A stretch of 39,813 nucleotides of DNA from Octopus bimaculoides. Lineage: Eukaryota. Shown here one piece after another: positions 1-11,889 of this stretch (position 1 is its first letter; the number at the start of each line of letters is the position of its first letter). The stretch lies in contig NC_068991.1 in the NCBI RefSeq assembly GCF_001194135.2, positions 46,024,126 through 46,063,938 on the forward strand, read 5' to 3'. Below the pieces are notes generated by a model. That model saw nothing but the letters and a program-made list of their open reading frames with translations. It was not told the origin of the DNA and made no database searches. The position numbers and the translations under genes are program-made.

Positions 1-985
1 AGTGTATATGTGTGTGTGTTTATGTGAGTCTGTGTGTGTGCTTTTGTGCTTGCGAGCGATACTGCGCAAAAGACCCCGACCAAAGTAAAAATAAATGAAA
101 GGTTCTTGGTATCGAAATATAGATAAATGGAAATGACTCGTCCCGTTTACTATTTCGAACGCAGTGATTGCCGTGGTGGCGGAGGAATTAATGGAAGTAG
201 CGGTGGTGATTGTGCTGCTGTTGGCACTGGATGCGGCGGCGGCGGCGGTGATGGTGGTCTCGAATCAGATATAAATGAGCAATGAGATGTATATCTATGA
301 GGGATAACAGATAAGAAAACCGAAAATATGAGAAAATGAAACAAAAAAAACGAAAAAAAACAATAATAAATTTGATGATTAAAGGTTGATATTAATATAA
401 AATTTAAAGAAAAATGTTCCTAAACATACCAGAATATTTCAAAAGAGACAAAGAAACCGAAACAATAATGGCACCGAGATATTCAAGAAATATGATAACC
501 AGAGAATATTAATACAGTAGATCGGTTTGCCAATTTTTAACATTTGAAAAATAGACATAAATTTATTTTTATTGACATTGAAACGAAACAGAACGATAAG
601 AAAGCCTTTTTGTGTGTTGTATTTGTGGTTGTCAGTATGTAGTACATAAGCGCACACATACACATGCACACACACACACACACATATGTATACATATTTA
701 TATGTATGTGCAAAAGTACATACATATATGTGTGTGTGTGTGTGTGTGTTTGCATGCGTATGTTACAAACGTATATGCACACACACGCAAATATACACAC
801 ATATACACATACGTATATATAAACATTTACATGTTTGAATTATATGAGTGCTTAAACAAGCATATATATATACAGACATATTTGTGTGTGTGTTTGTGTG
901 TGTGTGCGCATGTGTATATATTTATACATACATCATAAACATATATTCACGCTTAAACATTGATACGTATGCTTAAATATATATA

Positions 986-1851
986 CAGGCATACCTCGAC
1001 TTATGTCATTTCGATTTAAGTCGTTCTCGATTATACGTCGGTTTCCAAAAATAATATATGGGAAAATAAAAATCAAGTTAAGTCATTTTACTCGACTCTA
1101 CGTCTGTCCGCCACGAATATTGAAATTGTAAAATCACTAGAAAACCGATAAAAGCACATAAAATCATGTTACTGTATAATAAATAAGAATCAAAGAATAT
1201 AAAATTATATTAAAATACGTACAGTAAATGTTAAGATACACACCATAAAGTAGTGTAGCTTATTGAACGAAAGAATGAAATCAGCTTTGTTGTCTTATTT
1301 ATCGGTCTTTCGGAGCTAATATTGCACTGTGGTTCCAATATCTACCACTAGCCGTCATTGTCATTCGTGATTTCCGTGATTGTTTTGAATTCAGATTTGC
1401 TTACCTCTGTTTATCGGCTACTTTCTCTTTCTCATTCATTTGCGACTTTATTTTTTGACCCCCCCCCCTTGTCTCCTAACAAAATTCAAAGTGAAAGTGC
1501 TTAGCGTCATGCTATAACGCTGAAAGATAAACTGGCTATGATAAAACGCCATGAAAAATGTGAAAAAGTGGTAGAATTGCACAATCTTTTGGGATGAGTC
1601 GGACAACTGTATCGACGATCGTACATAGCAAGGACAAGATTTTAGCACACATGGTTTTTATTAACCATGCATTGTTGAAAATGCATTCATAAATAAAGTA
1701 CAGAACTGGGAATGGTTATTATCGGTTTAGCCTAGAGACAAGTAAATTCGGCCTATCCCAGCCTACAGACAAGTTAATTCGACTTATGTCGTTTTTCGAC
1801 TGAAGTCGTGTCTCCTGTAACCAATTAACGACGTAAGGTGAGGTTTGCTTG
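986..1851 (+). mobile_element. pogo/Tigger-family (Tc1/mariner superfamily) internally deleted DNA transposon
   Basis: TA|CAGGCATACCTCGACTTATGTC at the left end matches the reverse complement of the right end (CAAGCAAACCTCACCTTACGTC), which is followed by TA; internal decayed CENP-B-like HTH coding fragment. Confidence 0.85.
1469..1650 (+). pseudogene. Decayed N-terminal HTH (CENP-B/psq-type) of a pogo/Tigger transposase
   Basis: Manual translation LSPNKIQSESA*RHAITLKDKLAMIKRHEKCEKVVE / frameshift / IAQSFGMSRTTVSTIVHSKDKILAH resembles the Tigger N-terminus; one stop, one frameshift, no DDD domain. Confidence 0.75.
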
Positions 1852-1862
1852 TATACGTTAAA

Positions 1863-2655
1863 ATGTGCGCACGCGCGTGTGCGCGCTGTATGTATGTATG
1901 TACGTATGCATGCATGCATGCATGTGTATGCATGTATGTATGTGTGTGCGCGTGTGCTTATGTATATATGTATGTATATGTGTACGTTTGTATGTATATA
2001 TTCTGCATATTTATGTGTTTGTGTGTCTTTATGTATGTGTGTGTTTGCGTGCATGTCTGTATGTGTGTGTACCTCTGTCTCCTTGTGCGTGGATTCTGAG
2101 TGTGTCTGTGTGTGTGTGTGTATGGGTTTCTGTGACTATGTACTGTCTGTATGTATGGATGTGTATCTCCATATGTGCGGATGTGTGTCTCCATATGTGT
2201 CCTTGTGTGAATTGAAGTATGTGTGTATATGGTCATGTGTTTCAGTCTTTCATTTACGTATGTGTGTGTGTATATATGTGCTTGTCTGTTCATATTACCT
2301 ATGTATCTATCCGTCTGTATGTCTATATGTTTACTTTCATATCCATTTGCCTACATACGTGTAGATAAACATATACATATATACGCAAACACACATACAT
2401 ACATAGATACACTCAAACATGTACACACAAGGAGACAGAGGTACACACATACACACAAACACGAACACACAAACATGAATATGCAGAATACATACATGCA
2501 AACGTACACACATACATACATATATACATATGTGTGCACACACATACATGCATGCATACACACTTACATGCATACATACATACATACACACACACGCACA
2601 TACATGCATACATACATGTGTATGCGCGCACACACTGACCCACACACATGCGCAC
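1863..2655. repeat. Inverted duplication (foldback) of a complex CA/TA microsatellite
   Basis: Exact 19-mer GTACCTCTGTCTCCTTGTG at 2069-2087 recurs as its reverse complement at 2426-2444; GTACGTTTGYATGTATRTATTCTGCATATTYATG also recurs inverted and in the mirrored order. Confidence 0.75.
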
Positions 2656-3006
2656 AAACAAGCAAAAAGAACGCCACTTGGATGACGGACAGAGTCAGCA
2701 ACTATTGACAGGGTTGTAAGACACAACGAAAATTTTTGGAAAATAAATAAGTAAACGAGCGGTGAGTGTGTTAAATTATAAGGCACCAAAAGAGGATGAC
2801 TCTCCCCAGACACAACAATATNNNNNNNNNNNNNNNNNNNNNNNNNNNNNNNNNNNNNNNNNNNNNNNNNNNNNNNNNNNNNNNNNNNNNNNNNNNNNNN
2901 NNNNNNNNNNNNNNNNNNNNNNNNNNNNNNNNNNNNNNNNNNNNNNNNNNNNNNNNNNNNNNNNNNNNNNNNNNATATATATATATATATATATATATAC
3001 TGAGGG

Positions 3007-3091
3007 CTTCTTTCAGTTTGCATCTACCAAATCAGCACATAAGACTTTGGTTGGCCTAAGGCTATAGTAGAAGATACTTGCCCAAGGTGTC
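3007..3091 (-). mobile_element. SINE family A fragment (central region)
   Basis: Reverse complement matches 23977-24060 (caccttgggcaagt..ctactatagcc..gatttggtaga..aactgaaagaagc); flanked by (TA)n/gap and (CATA)n. Confidence 0.75.
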
Positions 3092-3554
3092 TTACATACA
3101 TACATACATAATACATACACACATACACACACACATACATACACACACACATACATACATACATACATACATGCATACATACATACATACATACACACAT
3201 ACATACATACATATATACGTATGCATCCACACACATACATAAATAAGATCTTATGGATTTTCTTATTTGTCGATTAATTCTTTTTTTTTTCTGCAGTTTA
3301 TTGATATTAAGTATTTCCCTACATCTTTTGTGTCCTAGCAGTTATTCCGCTTCGTTGCGGGGGTCTCTATTCACATATATATATATATATTGATGTAACT
3401 GTGATGTTGGTGCAACCAATACGTCACCCCATCTCAGTTACAGTCTACAGAGAAAGAGAGAGATAGAGAGAGAGAAAAAGAGAGATGCGAAGAAAATATT
3501 TTAGTATTTCTGTAGGATTTTACTTCTCGACTCCGAATTATGAGACGGAGAATA

Positions 3555-3645
3555 TGATTCTCCTCGGTCGGATTTGAACTTAGAGCGCAGGAACAAATGC
3601 CACAATACGTACTCTCTGGCACTGTTTGCCAATTCGTCGCCACAC
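3555..3645 (-). mobile_element. Degenerate SINE family B head
   Basis: ctcggtcggatttgaactt..tttgccaattcgtcgcc is the reverse complement of the family B A/B-box head. Confidence 0.5.
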
Positions 3646-3819
3646 ATCTGCATAAATAGTTATCTACATGACTATTCTGCACGTCAAGACTTGTGTTTGT
3701 GTGTTATGCTTTTCAAATCCTTAACGATAGAAGTAAATCAAACACGTATTTGAAATCTCCAACATTAGGATTTCTTATTCAGGCTCAAGGCCAGCTGTTT
3801 CGAAGGGTGGGGATTATAT

Positions 3820-4072
3820 GCTACCTTTGACTCGAGTACTTGACTTGTACTTTATTTGATTGATCCCAAAATTATGAAAGGTAAAGTTAGTCTCTACCGG
3901 ACTTGGACACGGAATGTAAAGACCCAGAAGATATACCACAGGCTCTTTCAGTTCTGAGTTCAAAATCTTCTGATATATTTTCCGGCCCTTTATGTCTGAG
4001 TTCAAATCCCGACGAGATGAAGGTGCCCTTTCATCCTTTCAGATTCGATAAAATAAAGTGTCAGTCAAATAC
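3820..4072. mobile_element. Two degenerate family B SINE fragments in opposite orientation (- at ~3820-3940, + at ~3950-4072)
   Basis: Plus copy has ctgagttcaaatcccgacgag..cctttcatcctttcagattcgataaaataaagt; minus copy has tgatcccaaaattatgaaaggtaaagtt. Confidence 0.5.
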
Positions 4073-4339
4073 GTTTTATAAAGATCTATAAATTTATGCA
4101 AATCGCAGGGGAAGGGAAAGAGTGCATGACCCTCTTCTGTGCTCTCCAAATATGTAGGAGAAAGAGTTGATGGTGTTCATGACCTTTCACAATGCCCTCC
4201 AGGCGTGGTGGGATAAAAAGAGGATCTAAGAACTGGGCGAATGCTAGCTATAAATTGGATTCGATTCTGTTGAAGGCGTCGAAGAACTGAGGTGGATTTT
4301 AAGAGGATAACAGAATTAACTTACCACTTAGGAAGAGAA

Positions 4340-4515
4340 ACAACTCCTTCTACAAGCTTCCATACAGTTTCTGTCTACTGTATTTTAGTAACAAGCTTTT
4401 CGTCGACACAAAGCAATAATAGAGGATGCCCAAGGAGCTGTATGGTACGATCGAACTTCAAACGGCGTATTTTCCAAGTGGAATGTTTAACTACACAGCC
4501 AACGTATCTTCCTAT
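4340..4515 (-). mobile_element. Old SINE family A 5' half
   Basis: Reverse complement reads ttggctgtgtagttaaac..gttcgatcgtacc..ccttgggcatcctctattattgc..gacagaaactgtatggaagctt, colinear with 23903-24060. Confidence 0.5.
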
Positions 4516-4939
4516 TGTAAACGATAGCACAAAGACATAAGTCTGACTGGGTAAAATGATGTAATCTAGACAAAAGCAGCCCTAATTTTCAAACTTCTAG
4601 AAAGATTACAGATTCATTTGACTGCATGTACACAACATTATAAAATGTATACATACGAACACATACACACGCGTATACAAATATATACGTATGCAACATG
4701 CATACATGCACATATACAAATATAAAGCACACGCATGAATGTACATACAGTTACATATATAAGTATCTATATATATGTATACAAACACGCACGCACACAT
4801 ATACCCAATTAAATATATATACACTTATATACATATATGTAATGTATGTGATTGTATGTCAATTTACATATGAATAAAATGTATATATGTACGCATGTAC
4901 ATATATGCATGTATGTATATATTTCCATATATATGTGTG

Positions 4940-4972
<33 letters not shown>

Positions 4973-5909
4973 NNNNNNNNNNNNNNNNNNNNNNNNNNNN
5001 NNNNNNNNNNNNNNNNNNNNNNNNNNNNNNNNNNNNNNNNNNNNNNNNNNNNNNNNNNNNNNNNNNNNNNNNNNNNNNNNNNNNNNNNNNNNNNNNNNNN
5101 NNNNNNNNNNNNNNNNNNNNNNNNNNNNNNNNNNNNNNNNNNNNNNNNNNNNNNNNNNNNNNNNNNNNNNNNNNNNNNNNNNNNNNNNNNNNNNNNNNNN
5201 NNNNNNNNNNNNNNNNNNNNNNNNNNNNNNNNNNNNNNNNNNNNNNNNNNNNNNNNNNNNNNNNNNNNNNNNNNNNNNNNNNNNNNNNNNNNNNNNNNNN
5301 NNNNNNNNNNNNNNNNNNNNNNNNNNNNNNNNNNNNNNNNNNNNNNNNNNNNNNNNNNNNNNNNNNNNNNNNNNNNNNNNNNNNNNNNNNNNNNNNNNNN
5401 NNNNNNNNNNNNNNNNNNNNNNNNNNNNNNNNNNNNNNNNNNNNNNNNNNNNNNNNNNNNNNNNNNNNNNNNNNNNNNNNNNNNNNNNNNNNNNNNNNNN
5501 NNNNNNNNNNNNNNNNNNNNNNNNNNNNNNNNNNNNNNNNNNNNNNNNNNNNNNACCACCACCACCACCACCACCACCACCACCACCACCATTAAAATGA
5601 CTGCTACCATCAGATTACAATCTGGAGTCATTTCCATTACCGCCATTTTACTCTTATCGTTAACGTTAAACTGAAATAGCCTGGCCAATTGTAAACTCAG
5701 ACAAAACTATTCATGCACCATCTCTGCTCTCGCAAACACCATCACCAACATCTCTATAAACCCTCAACGCCACCATTATTACCATTGTAACTTGTATCAA
5801 TAGAAACGCCATAACCACTAGGAAGCGGACCCTCTGCATTGTCGTTCTATCAGCTAGAAACTGCAGCCAAATCACCTTCACGCTTGCATGTAATTCTGTG
5901 TTACTTGAA

Positions 5910-5953
5910 AGAGAGGGAGAGAGAGAGGGAGAGAGAGAGAGAGCGAGAGAGAG

Positions 5954-5996
<43 letters not shown>

Positions 5997-6012
5997 AAGA
6001 AAGAGAGAGAGA
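5910..6012. repeat. (GA)n microsatellite
   Basis: Direct inspection. Confidence 0.95.
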
Positions 6013-6244
6013 AAACCAGTATAGTTGCTATTCGATCATGTCTGATCCGTACAATGACGAATACTACAACAAGAATATCAGCTACCAGCTACTAATACTA
6101 ATACTACTACTACTACTAATACTAATACTACTACTACTAATAATAATAATACTAACACTAATACTACTACCAGCTACTAATACTAATATTACCGCTACTA
6201 ACTACCACTGTTACTTCCACCATTGCTACAATATATAGTAACAC

Positions 6245-6385
6245 AAGAAAGAAGCTTGCTTCCCAAATATGTGGTTTTGTTTTGAGTCTAGATCCACTAT
6301 GTTGCACCTCGGGCGAGTGACTTTTCTACCGCAACCACGGGCCAACTATATCCTTTTTAGTGGATTTGGTTGACGGAAACCACTT
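6245..6385 (+). mobile_element. Degenerate SINE family A 5' half
   Basis: aagcttgcttcccaa..gcacctcgggcgagtg..gtggatttggttgacggaaac is colinear with 23920-24050. Confidence 0.55.
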
Positions 6386-6589
6386 CAAACCACCAACACT
6401 GCTGTCATCTGAAATGTTACTGCAAACGCTAACAACAATAATAACCTTATAACAATAATACTAACATGAATAACAATCATGAGTGATGTCACTATAATCA
6501 CAACTAATGCATCGCGTTTAAAACTACTCATCACCATCACCAACACAATTGCATACATCACCACCATCTCAATCACTACCAACCAGGAA

Positions 6590-6720
6590 GCTTTCGTATG
6601 GTCGCTTGCCCTGGGAGAAATAGCAGCTAAAATCTCCCTCAAAGCACAGCCTCACCGTCTTGAAAATAAATGGAAGGACACATTACCCATTTAAGTCCTA
6701 GATAAACAACAGCAAGATTC
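6590..6720 (+). repeat. Unclassified dispersed repeat 'family D' (5' part)
   Basis: gaaatagcagctaaaatctccctcaaa..ccgtcttgaaaa..ggaaggacacatt; related motifs at ~7400-7500, 8350-8410, 9485-9580 and 13415-13510. Confidence 0.5.
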
Positions 6721-6737
6721 GAAATAAACAAGTCTAA

Positions 6738-7295
6738 AATACTACTTCAGCGTGCGGTCTACCGACGTATCTGTAGTATATGCTATGGAATGACCTGATT
6801 TAGACTAGCATTAGGGTTAGCGTCTAGAGTTATGTTTGGGCCTAGTGTTTAGGGTTAGGGCTTGAGTTTAGTGCCAGAGTTTAGGGTTAAGGTGACGATT
6901 AGGATTTAGGATTAGGGTTAATGTTTAGGGTCAGGATTTATGGTTAATATTTGGGTTACGGTTAAGGGACAACGTTTAGGTTTAAGTTGAGGGTAAGGGT
7001 TAGAGTCTAGAGTTTAGGGTTAAGGCTTAGGATTAGGGTGAGTTATCTCTTAGGATTAGGATTGGGACTAAAGTTAGGATTAGGGTTTAGGTTTAGGGTT
7101 AGGCTTAGGCTCAGGGTTTAGGGTTAGAGATAGGGTTTTGGGTCAGGGTTAGAGTTTAGGGTTAGGATTAAGGTTAGGGTTTAGGGTTGGAGTGAGGGTA
7201 ACTGTTTAGTATTAGGGTTAGAGTTAGGGTTAGGGTTATACTGCACGTTTCAGTGTATGTTGACACGCAGACTGACTGCACGCTAAAGTGGCACT
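6738..7295 (+). mobile_element. Putative non-autonomous TIR element filled with a degenerate (TTAGGG)n array
   Basis: 22-nt imperfect inverted repeats at 6738-6759 and 7274-7295 (5 mismatches, all transitions); CTAAAAT direct repeat at 6734-6740 and 7294-7300; telomere-like repeats ~6811-7237. Confidence 0.6.
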
Positions 7296-7399
7296 AAAAT
7301 GTCTATGATCACAAGCGCTGACTCGAAGCCCAAGGACAACAGCAATGACAACAACATCAGCAGTATAGCACCATCATCAACTTCTTCAAGCTCCTGCCA

Positions 7400-7500
7400 A
7401 CAAGGGAACCTCTACGCGGTTGCTTGACTTGATATAAATAGCAGCCAAATTCCTCTTATCATCTTCAAAAGAAAGTCCCGTTGGATAATACAGGCTCGGT
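7400..7500 (+). repeat. Family D dispersed repeat fragment
   Basis: aagggaacctctacgcggttgcttgacttg..aaatagcagccaaattcc..ttggataat shared with other copies. Confidence 0.45.
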
Positions 7501-7865
7501 TTCCTACAGATAGGAGTTTTTATTACTTATTACTATTTTTTATTTTAAACTTGGATCGTTCCAAGCCTTGTGAGGAAAATTGGGTCGACGGATGTGCCTC
7601 TTGAGAGATGTTGTAATGGTGGTGGTGGTGGTGGCGGTGGCGGTGGTAGCGGCGGCGGNNNNNNNNNNNNNNNNNNNNNNNNNNNNNNNNNNNNNNNNNN
7701 NNNNNNNNNNNNNNNNNNNNNNNNNNNNNNNNNNNNNNNNNNNNNNNNNNNNNNNNNNNNNNNNNNNNNNNNNNNNNNNNNNNNNNNNNNNNNNNNNNNN
7801 NNNNNNNNNNNNNNNNNNNNGTGGTGGTGGTGGTGGTGGTGGTGGTAGATGACCGCCTGACACGG

Positions 7866-8012
7866 TACAGCCTTGTCACACTCTATGCCACACCAACTGT
7901 CCCTCATGTTTACGTTAATAATACACGTGTCAGTGGAATATTCAGCCATTTACACATTAATTCAGTGGGCAGTTTATTCGGTCTGTCGAACTATCGTCGA
8001 AACCGCCAAAGA
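7866..8012 (+). mobile_element. Old SINE body fragment (probably a long variant of family C)
   Basis: gtcagtggaatattcagccatttacacattaatt aligns with the reverse complement of ~15085-15120 (gtctgccgaatactcaaccacttacgcgttaatt). Confidence 0.45.
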
Positions 8013-8129
8013 TCCATTTACTTTTGTTTTACATCAGGATTAACTCGGTAATTAATAAACAGCAACATCGACTAGTCCCCTGCCCCACTATTTTAGGCTT
8101 TGTGCATATAATAGAAATGATTATTACAA

Positions 8130-8410
8130 TCCACAAGGATGAACGAAGGGGTCTCTACTTGATCACTGCACTTGTATATAGGAGCACAGATCCTGTATAC
8201 CTTCATAAATAAAGGAACACCGAATAATGACAAGTTTGTCAAGGCTGGAATGTCTATTATCATAGGTTTGTTTAATTAGGATTAACCTGGGGTAAGGGGT
8301 TAAATCGACAACAACTCTCCCGCCACAACGACCACCAATAGTAGAGAAAGCTTTTATGTGATCGCTCAATCTACTAGAAAGAGCAGCTAAATTCCCTTCA
8401 ACTACACTCT
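8130..8410 (+). repeat. Family D copy (8130-8315) followed by a second partial copy
   Basis: aggctggaatgtctattatcataggtttg..acctgggg..aaatcgacaacaac tail also seen at ~8850-8900 and 14890-14965. Confidence 0.45.
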
Positions 8411-8467
8411 ACATACTAGTAAACATTTTTTAAAAAAAGAGTGTAATGTGGGCAATAGTCCTAACAC

Positions 8468-8767
8468 AGTAATGTTTATCACCACATCAATATGGCTGTT
8501 CCATAAGAATCGACGTCACTACCGTTTTTAAACCCAGGAAGAGCCTCTTCCTGCTGGTTATCGATGCAATCTGCACCCAATATATATTGCAAGCATGGGA
8601 GCAAACCTCTACCATCTTTCAGCAGACGACAGGTTCTCCGGACCGTACGGTTTGGGGCTATTTCTGCCCATTGTCAGGGGAGAACAACTACCCGCTAGAG
8701 ATAGCAGTATTTCGTTCCAGCTCGATTCCTATGGAGCAGCCATATTGATGTGGCGATAAACATTACT
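8468..8767. mobile_element. 300-bp MITE-like element with 46-bp TIRs
   Basis: AGTAATGTTTATCRCCACATCAATATGGCTGYTCCATARGAATCGA at 8468-8513 and inverted at 8722-8767 (43/46 identical); no TSD recognised. Confidence 0.75.
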
Positions 8768-8794
8768 TTTCAAGATAGTTACTACTTTCATCTC

Positions 8795-8900
8795 TTACAG
8801 AGATTTTCCGACTAGTCCTACACAGCTTAAGGAAAAAACAGGAATGGGACGGTCATGGTTGGAACGCTTTGATCATAGATAAACAAGGCTAACATCAAGC
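8795..8900 (+). repeat. Family D 3' tail fragment
   Basis: tagtccta..ggaatgggacggtcatggttggaacgctttgatcatag similar to 8240-8265. Confidence 0.45.
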
Positions 8901-9110
8901 TAAGCCTCAACACCCACACTACGACCACGACCACGACCTGACCTACAAATCCTGGTACCTCCCTCTGTTAAACTTCCCACCATCATTACGTCAATCATCA
9001 CCTCTACATCCCTATTACCACCACCAGTATCGCTGCTTTGACCGGCCTCAACACCAAACCTGCTGTTTGTCCCTCCTAATCCTTTTGCCCACAACCGGTT
9101 TATTATTTTA

Positions 9111-9196
<86 letters not shown>

Positions 9197-9213
9197 GTGC
9201 GCACGCGCGTGTT
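9111..9213. repeat. Long (TG)n microsatellite ending in (CG)/(TG) alternation
   Basis: Direct inspection. Confidence 0.95.
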
Positions 9214-9484
9214 TGTATTAATGTTTTATTGTTGATGTTGTTGGTGTTCCTACCCGCATATCGTATGGCGGGTTAAGCATATTTATTGAAATAACTGAAA
9301 GGAAGTCAGTGTGTGTGTGTATTGTCGGAGATGGTAGGGTGACGACTGAGTGTCTCGGTGCGGCGGGACTGAACGTGTATGTGTGGGTGTGAATGAAGTT
9401 GCATGTGTGTGAAAATGAGGCGCTGAGAAACAACGGAGAGGGGAGAAGGGGAGGAAAAGAGAGAGAGAGAAAGAGAGAGTAACT

Positions 9485-9675
9485 TCAATAGTTGAATGAT
9501 ATAATTCAAATCAGACTACCCTTAAAAAAATTCAATAAAATGAAAGACATTCTGGATAATGTAGTCTTAGATACATTATGCCTGAAGAAATGTTGAGACG
9601 GCCGTGCTCTAAAGTTTTTGAGTGTAAATGAGCGCTAAACTGGAGACAAGCAACGACAAAAATAACAAGAACAAT
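9485..9675 (+). repeat. Family D copy
   Basis: aaagacattctggataatgtagtcttagatacattatg and an AAC-rich tail, similar to other family D copies. Confidence 0.4.
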
Positions 9676-10064
9676 AGGTGTGATTTGGACTGAGGACACA
9701 AAGGAATGATGGGAAATTCTCCAAAGTATTTATTTTAAAGCCTCCCAGTGGGTTATAATTCAGCAGCTTTATGATCAAAATAGTGTTAAACATGACCATC
9801 TTGAATATTATGCAACTGGGACTGCATTAATCTTAATTATGTATAATAGGAATTTGATAAACGTGAACTTTAAAAACATTCATAAAGGTATATATTCGAC
9901 TACTGTTTCCAGCGGATCAAATGACAAAGTAGAGGCATACGCCTCCCTCCCCTCCCTCCCCTACCTCTACTCCCTCTCCTCCTCTTCCTCCTCCTCCTCC
10001 TTTTCTTCCTCGTCGTTGTCGTTGCTGTTGTTGTTATTGTTATTAATATTATTAAATCTGGCTA

Positions 10065-10262
10065 GCTAGCAGAATCGTTAGCATACCGGACAAAATGCTT
10101 AGCAGCATTTCGTCCGTCTTTTTATGCGCTGAGTTCAAATTCCGCAGAGGTCGAATTTACCTTTCATTCTTTCGGGTTGGTAAAATAAATATCAGTTGAG
10201 AATTGGGGTCGATGTAATCGACTGGCCACCCCATCTCCGCCTTGTACCTTTAACAGAAAGGA
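10065..10262 (+). mobile_element. SINE family B monomer (Nin/Deu-like domain)
   Basis: gcagaatcgttagca..ctgagttcaaattccgcagaggtcga..ctttcattctttcggg..ggggtcgatgtaatcgactggcc..gtacc..agaaaggatt, colinear with 11890-12320. Confidence 0.75.
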
Positions 10263-11650
10263 TTTATTTTCGCTTCTTTGCGTTCTCCGGCCAAATCCCG
10301 ATGATGACATCTTTCCCAAATCAAAACTGTAATTAGTCGGCCAATCCTCCAGATTTCACACCTAATTTAAGCCTATATAAGAAATTAGAATTATTGTTGT
10401 TCAGATCCATATGAAACTTGATCAAACAGATGTATCATCTGTGTTCATCTCTGTTCTCCTTGGATACGATCTGTCTAAAATTATATTATCCTAAATTTGC
10501 TTCCCATTTTTTTTAGAGTAGAAAGCAATATGATCGAAAATTGGCTGCTAACCACGGGGATACTTATTCCTGATGTTGTTACTGTAGATAATATTATTGA
10601 GTATTAGATTTTGATAACTTTATGCAATATTTTTAAGCTTACAGTAATGCAAGCCAATGTTTATTCACTTTCCACGTTGAAACCTTGGAAATATATATAT
10701 ATATATATGAAAGTCTACCATGTTTTAATAGCACCCTCCCAAGAAAGCAGTACTTTCAGTTGACCTACATTCATTAAATAGTTTTGTTCTGGCAAGAAAT
10801 GATTTCCTAGATATATATGTGTCTGTGTGTCACAAATCTCCCTAAATTATTGATAATGTAAAGACATACCTTTGTGGTTCTTAATTACGATCATTAGATT
10901 TTGGTGTTCTTTAGCCTCTGCTCAGGTTCAGATTTTTATTTCTTGAAAATATAATCCAATTTCTTACGGAAATATTATTACTGCTTCGGTGACTGATTTA
11001 TAACCTTTCGCCCTATCATATTCGACAATGACATAGAGCAGATTTTCATGTGAATTTGAAAGATAATAATCAGCTTCTTAAGCTACCTTTACTACTCCTA
11101 TAAGCTTCTGTCTACTCTCCTTTCTCGGAATATACAGTCACCAAATGCCTGTTTTATTGTGCAGCATGTGATACTTTTTAATAGCTTCTTTGTGTAGCGA
11201 TATATTGTGTTTGATTCTGTCACGTCCAAGTCCAATAACTTACAGCAATTTATAGCTGTTTCAGCAAACGCAAGAAATATCATTACTGTTCAAGTACAAT
11301 TTGAACATTGGCAAAACGTCCATTCAATACAGTTAATCGTAATTGCTATCTTTACACTCTTTTATACACCATATTTCGCCCCTATCCATGTCTAAATATG
11401 TCTACGATTCAGGTCTATCGAGCTCTTGTAAATTATCCGCATAATTTATTACCGAAACGTCATTTTACTAAGGATATGCTTTGACTTCTTTTTTTTCAAG
11501 TTACATGAAAAAAGCTACGAACTCTCTGGTGTCTGCATTTTCACATTATGCATGAAAAGTAGTTATTGAGTAAAAAAAGCTTGCTTGTCTGAATAATACC
11601 TTAAACTGAACCAGTAAACTACGTAAACTTAAAACCAAGAGACGAATTAA

Positions 11651-11860
11651 TTTTTTCTGTTATAGGCACAAAACCTGAAATTTCAGATTTGGGAAGTAGA
11701 ATAAAATTGGTTACATCGACCCCAGTGCTCAACTGGTACTTTATCGACCCCGAATTTATGAAAGACAATGTCGGCGGAATTTGAACTCAACGGGAAGATG
11801 GACGAAATGCCACTGCGTATTTTGTTTCGTGTGCTAAAGATTCCACCAGCTCACCACCTT
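11651..11860 (-). mobile_element. SINE family B monomer
   Basis: Reverse complement begins aaggtggtgagctggtggaatc and contains gagttcaaattccgccgac and ggggtcgataaagtaccagttgagcactggggtcgatgtaac. Confidence 0.75.
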
Positions 11861-11889
11861 CGAGAGATGAATTAATATATGGCCATACT

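Noticed and set aside
439-3240. Many Cys/Val/Tyr/Met- or His/Thr-rich ORFs
   Set aside because: They are translations of (TG)/(TA)/(TATG) microsatellites in all frames.
6811-7237. True chromosome end or telomere fusion site
   Set aside because: The array is highly degenerate, single-orientation (no head-to-head TTAGGG/CCCTAA junction) and internal to ordinary sequence.
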